Shown piece after piece: positions 25,192 through 32,000 of a stretch of DNA of 32,000 nt. The position numbers and the translations under genes are program-made. The notes beneath the pieces were generated by a model, which saw only the letters and a program-made list of their open reading frames with translations, was not told where the DNA came from and did no database searches. The DNA is from Neisseria musculi (GTDB lineage: Bacteria; Pseudomonadota; Gammaproteobacteria; Burkholderiales; Neisseriaceae). The stretch lies in the NCBI RefSeq assembly GCF_042649805.1, contig NZ_JBHRZW010000038.1. One strand, given 5' to 3'. Positions within the stretch are counted from its first letter, which is position 1; each line of letters starts with the position of its first letter.

Positions 25192-26040
25192 TTATCTGCC
25201 GCGCCGGTGTTGCTGCAAACGGCGCACCAGCATCAGTTTGAGCCGCAGTTTTACATCGTAGCCTATCGAGCCGAACCCCAGCACAAACAATACTGCCGAC
25301 ACCGGCAGGGCGAAATAGTGGCCGACACTGTGATAACCCCATGCGCCGATCAGCCCGCCGGCCAAAAAGGCGGCCAGCAGCCCGGCCAGCAGTTTGGCTT
25401 TGGGTTTGTTGGTGTGGATATGCGGCAGTTTGGGGTTGTTGCTGCGGTTGTAATACAGCATTTTGGAAATTTCTATGCCCAAATCGGTTGCCGTGCCCGT
25501 CATGTGGGTTGAGCGGATGGAGCCGCCCGACAACACCGTTATCACGGTATTGTGCATACCCATGATAAAACACAGCAGCAGCATGGCGGCAACGGGCAGG
25601 CTGCCGCTGTGCCAGTCGGCCACAATGGCGCCCACGGCGCCGAACAGCAGCAGATACACCGCTTCCAGCCACATCGAAAAGCCGAAGCCGCCGCGGAAAC
25701 GCTGTCGCTTCGCCCACAGAATCACCCAGCTCGAATGCGCCGCCCCGCTAATAAAAAACACCATGCCGGCAAGGGCGGTGAGTGCCAAACGCCATTCGCC
25801 CAAATACGCCATGTCGGCTGCGTGGGACATTTCGCCGGTAACGTGCGAGGTGTAGCGTGCTACCGCAAAAAAGCCGCCTGCATTGATTGCGCCGGCCAGC
25901 AGCGCCATCAGATAGCCCAGCAGGCGGAAACGTGCATCGCTGATATTGTGTTCGTGCAGATAAGGTTTGTCGGCCTGCCAAAACGGCGGCGTGTGTTTGC
26001 GGCGCGGATAAGGTGTGGGGCGGGGGTGTCGGGTTTCCAT
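25192..26040 (-). CDS. DUF1275 (YoaK-like) integral membrane protein
   Basis: 282 aa. Multiple hydrophobic helices, AGAINAGGF..ARYTSHVTG and SIRSTHMTGTATDLG motifs typical of DUF1275 as I remember it. The N-terminal 40 aa are uncertain. Confidence 0.75.
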   Translation of the reverse strand: METRHPRPTPYPRRKHTPPFWQADKPYLHEHNISDARFRLLGYLMALLAGAINAGGFFAVARYTSHVTGEMSHAADMAYLGEWRLALTALAGMVFFISGAAHSSWVILWAKRQRFRGGFGFSMWLEAVYLLLFGAVGAIVADWHSGSLPVAAMLLLCFIMGMHNTVITVLSGGSIRSTHMTGTATDLGIEISKMLYYNRSNNPKLPHIHTNKPKAKLLAGLLAAFLAGGLIGAWGYHSVGHYFALPVSAVLFVLGFGSIGYDVKLRLKLMLVRRLQQHRRGR

Positions 26041-26073
26041 GATGCGGTGTGCGGGCGGAGAGGGTATTGTACA

Positions 26074-26108
26074 AGGCCGTCTGAAAGATAAATGCGTTCA
26101 GACGGCCC
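26074..26108 (-). terminator. Inverted DUS pair downstream of pgi
   Basis: The sequence is aggccgtctgaa-(11 nt)-ttcagacggccc. Confidence 0.5.
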
Positions 26109-26165
26109 GAGTATATTGTATTGCATAACGGTTGCTGAAAAACTTCAGCCTGCCGGAAAAGCAGC

Positions 26166-27797
26166 TTAAGGGTTGCAGCGGCGGTAAAACGCAATCAGCC
26201 CGTTGGTGGAGGAATCGTGGTGCAGCTCTTGCGCCAAGGCAAGCTCGGGCTCGATGTTTTTCGCCAGCGCCTTGCCGTATTCCACGCCCCATTGATCGAA
26301 TGAGTTGATGCCCCACACCACGCCTTGGGTAAAGATTTTGTGTTCATACATCGCAATCAGCATACCGAGGCGGAAGGGGTCGAGCGTTTCAAGCAGAATG
26401 CTGTTGCTGGGGCGGTTGCCGGGAAATTCTTTGTGTGCCGCCAGGCTGCTGCGCTCGGGTTCGGGCAGGTGGAGCAGTTCGGCAAGGGCTTCGTGTTGCG
26501 TTTTGCCGCGCATCAGGGCTTCGGTTTGGGCGAAGGCATTGGCAACGGTGAAACGGTGCTGGCGGCCGATTTTGTAGGGGGTGCGCATCGACACGATGAA
26601 ATCGGCGGGAACCAGCCGTGTGCCCTGGTGCAGCAATTGGAAGAAAGCGTGTTGGCAGTTTACGCCTTCTTCGCCGAACACGATGCCGCCGGTGTGATGT
26701 TCCACTTTGCCGCCGTGCAGGGTGCGGTGTTTGCCGTTGCTTTCCATATCGAGTTGCTGCAGATAGCCGGGCAGGCGGCGCAGGTTGTGGCTGTAGGGAA
26801 CAACGGCCTGGCCGTGCGCGCCGCAGAAATTGCTGTACCAAATGCCGATTAAGGCCAGCAGGGCGGGAATATTGTGCCGCAGCGGCGTGTGGAAGAAATG
26901 CTCGTCCATGGCGTGTGCGCCGCTGAGAAATTTGCGGAAGTGGGTGCCGCCCACGGCCACCATTACGGGCAGGCCGATGGCCGACCACACAGAATAGCGG
27001 CCGCCTACCCAGTCAAACATGGCAAACACGTTGTCGGGCGGAATACCGAAGTTGTGCGCGGCTTCCACATTGCTGGAAATGGCGGCAAAGTGTCGGGCGA
27101 TGTCGGCTTCGCGCAGGCCGCCATCGCGGAACCATGCGCGGGCGGCATGGGCATTGAGCAGGGTTTCGGGGGTGCCGAACGATTTGCTGGCCAAGCAGAA
27201 AACAGTGGTTTCGGCATGGAGCGGGGCAAGTATTTGAGCGATGTTGGCATCATCGGAGTTGGATACAAAATGCACGCGCACGTTTTTGTGAAAAGGCTGC
27301 AAAGCCTGCACGGCCAGTTGCGGGCCCAAATCGGAGCCGCCGATGCCGATGTGTACAAAATCGGTGATGCGCTTGCCGGTGGCGCCGGTGTGCACGCCGT
27401 TAATCAGGCTTTCGGCAAAGGCCAGCGCGCGGTCGAGCTCGCGGTGTATGGTGGGGATGACGTTTTCGCCGTCCACCCGCACGGGGTCGGCATCGGCAGG
27501 CAGCCGCAGGGCGGTGTGCAGCACGGCGCGTTTTTCGCTGATGTTGATTTTGCCGCCGTGGCGCATGGCTTCGGCCTGCTGCGGCAGGCCGGTAGTTTCG
27601 GCCAGTTTGCAGAGCAGGTTCAGGGTTTCTTCGCTGATGCGGTTTTTGCTGTAGTCAAACAGAAGGCCGTGCAGGGTTTCGTGCATGGAGTCGAAACGCT
27701 GCGGGTCGGCAGCAAACAGGTCGCGCATATGGGTGCCGGCCATGTCGGCGCAGTGTGCCTGCAGATTTTGCCAGGCGGCAGACTGGGTTATGTTCAT
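26166..27797 (-). CDS. pgi: Glucose-6-phosphate isomerase
   Basis: 543 aa from ATG 27797 (AAGGAA RBS). IGIGGSDLGP, GGRYS.WSAIG and ..NSFDQWGVE.GK motifs. The longer ORF to 27890 runs through a DUS. Confidence 0.95.
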   Translation of the reverse strand: MNITQSAAWQNLQAHCADMAGTHMRDLFAADPQRFDSMHETLHGLLFDYSKNRISEETLNLLCKLAETTGLPQQAEAMRHGGKINISEKRAVLHTALRLPADADPVRVDGENVIPTIHRELDRALAFAESLINGVHTGATGKRITDFVHIGIGGSDLGPQLAVQALQPFHKNVRVHFVSNSDDANIAQILAPLHAETTVFCLASKSFGTPETLLNAHAARAWFRDGGLREADIARHFAAISSNVEAAHNFGIPPDNVFAMFDWVGGRYSVWSAIGLPVMVAVGGTHFRKFLSGAHAMDEHFFHTPLRHNIPALLALIGIWYSNFCGAHGQAVVPYSHNLRRLPGYLQQLDMESNGKHRTLHGGKVEHHTGGIVFGEEGVNCQHAFFQLLHQGTRLVPADFIVSMRTPYKIGRQHRFTVANAFAQTEALMRGKTQHEALAELLHLPEPERSSLAAHKEFPGNRPSNSILLETLDPFRLGMLIAMYEHKIFTQGVVWGINSFDQWGVEYGKALAKNIEPELALAQELHHDSSTNGLIAFYRRCNP

Positions 27798-28058
27798 TGT
27801 TGTTCCTTTGCGGCTGGGCTTTGCTGCCCGGACAGGCCGTCTGAAAGCGGGCTTGTAAAAAATACAGTATAGCGGAGAGTCTGTTTTCAAAACAAGGGAT
27901 TAAATTTGGCAAAGTGTGGGAATTCAAACATTGCAGGCAGCGGGCGGCCGTCTGAAAGTTTCCTGACGCTGCGCGCGTTGCCGAGGGGCGGCAATGGGCC
28001 TGCATCGGAAAGTGCATCGCCCGGTTAAATAAATTTAACACCAACAACCTGTTGTTGC

Positions 28059-28072
28059 TGAAAACGGTTGCA
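28059..28072. promoter_or_regulatory. Candidate LacI/GalR-family operator TGAAAACGGTTGCA
   Basis: It matches the family consensus TGNAANCGNTTNCA at every specified position. It lies in the divergent pgi/LacI-regulator spacer, 173 nt upstream of the regulator ATG. Confidence 0.4.
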
Positions 28073-28245
28073 GTTGTGCGGAAAAATGAAAAGATAGATT
28101 GATTTTGCTCAATTTTGCGTATAAAAAACGGTATGACACCGATGTCATCTGTGATATGCTTTGAGCCAGCCAAGCAAAACAGCGGATATTTTTATTTTTA
28201 AAGGATTCGGTAAAAAGGTTAAAGGTTTTAGAGGAAGCGGCAGAT

Positions 28246-29298
28246 ATGGCCACGATTTATGATGTTGCCGGGCTGGCGGGGGTGTCGCCCAAAACGGTCA
28301 GTCGCGTTTTAAACCGTGATGCGCCGGTGAGCGCGAAAACGCGTGCCGCCGTGGAGGCGGCGATAGCCCAACTGGGCTATATTCCTTCTTCGGCCGCGCG
28401 CATTATGCGCTCCAACCGCTCGGGGCTGGTGGGGGTGATTACCGGTGCGATTTCACGCAGCTACGACCGCTACAGCGGCGGCGGCCTGCCCGATATGTTT
28501 TTGGTGCAGGGCATACAGCGCACCATGGCCGAGGCGGGTAAAACCGTGATGATTGCCGACACCGGCAACCGTTTCGGGCAGGCCGAGGCTCTGATACGCA
28601 CTTTTTTGGAGCACCGCGCCGAGGGTATTCTGTATGTGGCCGAGTTCCACCAAGAGGTGAATATGCCCGGGCTGAAGCCCGATTGCCCGCTGGTGTTGGT
28701 AAACTGTTTCGACAGGCAGGACACGCCGGCAGTGCTGCCCGATGATGCCCGGGGGCAATACGGCTTGGTGAAGCAGATTATTGCTTCGGGACACCGCCGC
28801 ATTGCTTATCTGAGCCTGCAGCCGCAGGTGATTGCCAGCAAACTGCGCCGTGCGGGCTACCGCCGTGCGCTGGAAGAAGCGGGCATCGCTTATGATGCGG
28901 CATTGGATTTGGCGGGCTATCCGGATTACACCAACCGCAGCGAATCGCTGTTGGCGGCGGTGGAGAAACTGCTGAGGCTTCCCGATCCGCCTACGGTGCT
29001 GTGTTGCGGCAACGATGAGATGGCGGTGAGGCTGTACGGCATTTTGCGTTCGCGCGGTATCAAGGTGCCCGAAGAGATGTCGGTGGCAGGCTATGACGAC
29101 CACCGCTCGATTGCCGAAACGCTGTTTCCGCCGCTCACTACCGCAGATCTGCCTTATACCGCAATGGGGGAGCGGGCCGCGCAAATGCTGCTCGATGCCG
29201 TAGCGGGCAAGGCTTTGCCGCCGCAGCCGGTTGTGGTGGGTGCCGGCACGGTGTGGCGGCAGTCGGTGATCAAACCCCGGGCAGGCAGAGTCGGATAA
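28246..29298 (+). CDS. LacI-family transcriptional regulator
   Basis: 350 aa. N-terminal HTH ATIYDVAGLAGVSPKTVSRVLN and a periplasmic-binding-protein-like sugar-binding core. Confidence 0.9.
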   Translation: MATIYDVAGLAGVSPKTVSRVLNRDAPVSAKTRAAVEAAIAQLGYIPSSAARIMRSNRSGLVGVITGAISRSYDRYSGGGLPDMFLVQGIQRTMAEAGKTVMIADTGNRFGQAEALIRTFLEHRAEGILYVAEFHQEVNMPGLKPDCPLVLVNCFDRQDTPAVLPDDARGQYGLVKQIIASGHRRIAYLSLQPQVIASKLRRAGYRRALEEAGIAYDAALDLAGYPDYTNRSESLLAAVEKLLRLPDPPTVLCCGNDEMAVRLYGILRSRGIKVPEEMSVAGYDDHRSIAETLFPPLTTADLPYTAMGERAAQMLLDAVAGKALPPQPVVVGAGTVWRQSVIKPRAGRVG

Positions 29299-29490
29299 GG
29301 CCGGGTGTTGAGGCCGTCTGAAAAACGGCAGGCCGGCAAATAAAGTAGAACCGAATATCTGCAAAAATATTATTGGAAACCCTAATAAATAGGGAGAAAT
29401 ATTTTTATGGCGGATTTGCCTGACTGTGCTTTGATCTTGGTGCGCGTTGCCGTCAGGTTTGCCGCAGGGCGTGGAAAATGCGCTGATCCG

Positions 29491-29516
29491 CTTTCTGCCG
29501 CCACACCGGCAGAAAG
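29491..29516. repeat. Perfect 10-bp inverted repeat with a 6-nt loop in the regulator-transporter spacer
   Basis: The sequence is ctttctgccg-ccacac-cggcagaaag, with no T-run after it. Confidence 0.8.
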
Positions 29517-29733
29517 CAGTGTTCAAGCATGGCCGCAGTTGCCGTTGCCGGCAGCCGCGATGCTTTGAAACCATCATTCACAATAAGAATCGGAGCCGGG
29601 CCGTCTGAAACCGCATCATGGTGGATTGGGCGGGCAGCAGGGGCGATACCGGCAACCGCAACAAGGATTTGCTTTCACCACACACGCACGGGACAAACTT
29701 TCTCAGGTTTTCAATCAAAAGGAGTCTTCAGTT

Positions 29734-31059
29734 ATGAGAATAGACCACCGTGTAGCCATGACGCTGCGCCAGATTGTGTTGATGAATTTCGGTTTTTTCG
29801 GCATTCAATACAGCTTCGGTTTGCAGCAGACGGCCATTAATCCGATTTTCAGCTTTCTTCAGGCCGACCCTGGCCAGCTGCCGCTTCTCAACATGGCAGG
29901 CCCCGTAACCGGCCTGCTGGTGCAGCCCCTTATCGGTGCGTTGAGCGACCGAACCTGGATAAACGGCTTGGGCCGCCGCCGCCCGTATTTCTTAATCGGC
30001 GCAGTCGGTTGCAGTATCTGCCTGTTTTTCTATCCCCACGTTACCGCGCTGTGGATGGCTGTGTTGATGTTGTGGCTGCTCGATATCAGCAACAATACTG
30101 CGATGGAACCCTACCGCGCGTTTATCGCCGACAAGCTGCCCGACAACCAGCAGCCTACCGGCTTTCTGATGCAGTCGGTGTTTACCGGTTTGGGCATCAC
30201 GCTGGCCAATGTGTCGCTGTATTTCTTCCAGCAATGGATTACCGGCACTTCCGAATCCGGCATTCCCTACTGGGTGTACGGCTCGTTTTATATCGGTGCC
30301 GTCTGCTCCATCGGCTCGGTGTTGATTTCGGTGTTTTCCACCCCCGAAAACCGCCCCAGTGATGCAGAATTGGCAGAAATGCGCGCCAAACCGCGCGGTT
30401 TGATTCCTGCCGTTAAAGAAATCGCATCGGCCATTAAGGATATGCCCAAACCCCTGTGGCAGCTGGCTTTGGTTTATCTGTTTCAATGGTATGCCATGTT
30501 TATCTATTGGCAATACGTTACGCTGAGCATTGCAAAATCGGTGTGGGGCGCCACCCAGGCCGACAAGCAGGGCTTCGAGCAGGCTGTAGGTTGGACGGGT
30601 TTGGTAAACGGCTGGTATAACATTGTTACCTTTATTTCTGCCTTCGGCCTGATGGCTTTGGCCAGAAAATACAGCGCCAAGCAGGTTCATGCCCTGTGTT
30701 TGATTATGGCGGCCGTTGCCTTGCTGATTTTCCCGCACATCACCAATAAATACCTGCTGTTCCTGCCGATGATAGGCTTCGGTATCGCTTGGGCTTCGAT
30801 TATGGGCGTACCGTTTTTGATTGCCGTGGCCGAAGTGCCGAAAGAGCGTTACGGCGTGTATATGGGCATCATCAATATGATGATTGTGATTCCGATGCTG
30901 ATCGAAACCGTTACTTTCGGCCCGGTTTTCAATCATGTGTTGGGGGCCAACCCCACTAATGCGATGATGTGCGCCGGCGTGTTGCTGGGCTTGGCGGCGT
31001 TCTTCACTTTGAGGGTTAACACCAAACAACGCCCCGCTGAGTCGTCTATGATCGACTGA
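29734..31059 (+). CDS. MFS sugar transporter of the GPH/SLC45 (sucrose/maltose-type symporter) family
   Basis: 441 aa from ATG 29734 (AAGGAG upstream). About 12 hydrophobic segments. [15 protein letters not shown] matches the SDR..GRRRPF signature of sucrose/GPH-type carriers. Confidence 0.85.
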   Translation: MRIDHRVAMTLRQIVLMNFGFFGIQYSFGLQQTAINPIFSFLQADPGQLPLLNMAGPVTGLLVQPLIGALSDRTWINGLGRRRPYFLIGAVGCSICLFFYPHVTALWMAVLMLWLLDISNNTAMEPYRAFIADKLPDNQQPTGFLMQSVFTGLGITLANVSLYFFQQWITGTSESGIPYWVYGSFYIGAVCSIGSVLISVFSTPENRPSDAELAEMRAKPRGLIPAVKEIASAIKDMPKPLWQLALVYLFQWYAMFIYWQYVTLSIAKSVWGATQADKQGFEQAVGWTGLVNGWYNIVTFISAFGLMALARKYSAKQVHALCLIMAAVALLIFPHITNKYLLFLPMIGFGIAWASIMGVPFLIAVAEVPKERYGVYMGIINMMIVIPMLIETVTFGPVFNHVLGANPTNAMMCAGVLLGLAAFFTLRVNTKQRPAESSMID

Positions 31060-31103
31060 TTGCGGCAAAGTGCAAACCAGACAAGGCTTGCAGTATGCTT
31101 TGG

Positions 31104-31170
31104 GCCGTCTGAAAAAACCTACCGCTATTTCTGCCTGAGTGGAAATGGCGGTAGGTTTTTTTCAGACGGC
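31104..31170 (+). terminator. Extended DUS-containing hairpin after the transporter gene
   Basis: gccgtctgaaaaaacctaccgc pairs with gcggtaggtttttttcagacggc, giving a stem of about 22 bp that includes a T-run. Confidence 0.7.
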
Positions 31171-31277
31171 CGTGGTGAGGAAGATTCGGGTGCTTTTTAC
31201 TTTTTCATTTTGTATGAAGGCTTATTTTGGAAATTTTCAGGTTTCTCAAGCATGCGGGAAAGCACTGCAGTGCCCTG

Positions 31278-31491
31278 TATCGTGAATATGCTTTAATTTC
31301 CGTTGCGGCTGTGTCTTGGCTGCAAAGATGATGATTTAAGCCAGTGAAGCGGCAACAGGCCCCGGCTCCGCACTATCCGCACTATCTGTATGAGTGGATC
31401 CAAATATGGTTTTTGGCATACTCAAAAATCATTAAATGGAGATTTCAGCAAAAAACAAAGGTTGAACGGTATAAATAAAGTGTAACAACCC
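31278..31491. mobile_element. Composite miniature element: Correia-like left part plus the right end of the 17961..18133 family
   Basis: The left part shares tatcgt.., tttccgttgcgg (31297..31308), tgcaaag and agcggcaacagg (31348..31359) with 23891..24044 at the same spacing. The right part (about 31411..31491) shares ctcaaaaatca, cagcaaaaaacaaa and aaagtgtaacaaccc with 18070..18135. A tandem ccgcactat x2 lies at about 31369..31386. Confidence 0.5.
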
Positions 31492-31552
31492 GGTTTTTTC
31501 AACAGCAGGGTTGTTTATGTTTTTTATGCTGCGCGGGATGAATCCACGGCAT

Positions 31553-31590
31553 AAAAAAACCTGCTTCATTAACGAAGCAGGTTTTTCTTG
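31553..31590 (-). terminator. Rho-independent terminator after secA
   Basis: Stem cctgcttc / gaagcagg, flanked by an A-run and a T-run. On the minus strand it is followed by TTTTTTTA. Confidence 0.75.
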
Positions 31591-31623
31591 GGCAGGCTTT
31601 TTTCTGCCTGGGTGTTCAACCGT

Positions 31624-32000
31624 TCAACCCAGCTTGCCGTGGCAGTGTTTGTATTTCAGGCCGCTGCCGCAGGGGCAGAGATTGTTGCGGTGGACAACGC
31701 GGCCTTGTTTGGCGAGCGTTTCGGGGCTGAAGTCGTTGCCTGCCGGGTTGAAAGCCTCAGTGGCAAGGTTATCGCGGGATGCGCCCAAAACGTCCTCCAT
31801 AGCGGGGGCGCCGGCGTGGATGGCCTGCACGGCGGCAGGCTCTTGTGGTTCGCTCTCGGCAATCATATCGTCTGCCTGCTCGATTTGCACTGAAGTCAAA
31901 AGCGAGGCAACGTTTTGTTTGATGCCGTTCCACAGGTGTTGGAACATGATAAAGGCTTCGCGCTTGTATTCCTGCTTGGGGTTTTTCTGGGCGTAACTGC
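31624..32000 (-). CDS. secA: Preprotein translocase ATPase SecA, C-terminal part (gene continues beyond the window)
   Basis: The frame is open to the window edge (..YAQKNPKQEYKREAFIMFQHLW..). It ends with the zinc-binding tail CPCGSGLKYKHCHGKLG. Confidence 0.9.
   Translation of the reverse strand, partial: SYAQKNPKQEYKREAFIMFQHLWNGIKQNVASLLTSVQIEQADDMIAESEPQEPAAVQAIHAGAPAMEDVLGASRDNLATEAFNPAGNDFSPETLAKQGRVVHRNNLCPCGSGLKYKHCHGKLG

Noticed and set aside
29407-29568. 53-codon ORF (MADLPDCALILVRV..) in the regulator-transporter spacer
   Set aside because: The RBS spacing is poor, the composition is Ala/Arg/Pro-rich and typical of a random high-GC frame, and it spans the palindromic hairpin. Nothing supports it as a gene.
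26874-31068. Long antisense ORFs 26874..27872 (+), 28453..29577 (-) and 29992..31068 (-)
   Set aside because: They lie opposite pgi, the LacI regulator and the MFS transporter respectively, each of which has clear family motifs. The compositions are biased (Gly/Ala/His/Arg/Gln-rich) with no recognisable domains.

Overview
This window is a high-GC chromosomal segment from a member of the Neisseriaceae. A manual scan found at least about 55 exact copies of the 10-mer DNA uptake sequence GCCGTCTGAA or its complement. Most copies carry the AG prefix, and many form inverted pairs that make terminator-like hairpins between genes. The GC level (about 60% in hand-counted lines of core genes) and the DUS dialect suggest a commensal Neisseria such as an elongata/bacilliformis-like lineage; this is inference only. 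The coding content is mostly housekeeping: msrAB (pilB-type), fabD, fabH, tRNA-Pro(CGG), an RsmI-like methylase, two Maf paralogs, yceD-rpmF-(phosphoribosyltransferase)-plsX, recJ, msrC (GAF), orn, a MepM-like M23 peptidase, an OmpA-like lipoprotein, a DUF1275 membrane protein, pgi, a LacI regulator with a GPH/SLC45-like sugar transporter, and the 3' end of secA. I found no CRISPR array, prophage, integrase, toxin-antitoxin pair or recognisable defence island, and I cannot point to a clear multi-gene novel system. Six things are least explained: (1) two tandem, diverged paralogs of an unassigned GT-B-like family wedged between msrAB and fabD, one of them clearly AT-shifted; (2) a mosaic family of Correia-like or TIR-bounded miniature elements at four loci, two of which bracket orn; (3) frameshifted remnants of TpsA/CdiA-type and YadA-type exoprotein genes; (4) a roughly 400-aa Ala/Glu-rich repeat-containing N-terminal extension on the M23 peptidase; (5) a triple cold-shock-like/DUF1294 membrane protein embedded between fabH and fabD; (6) an in-frame inverted DUS pair inside recJ. 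All homology statements rest on motifs I recognise by eye and from memory. No searches were run.
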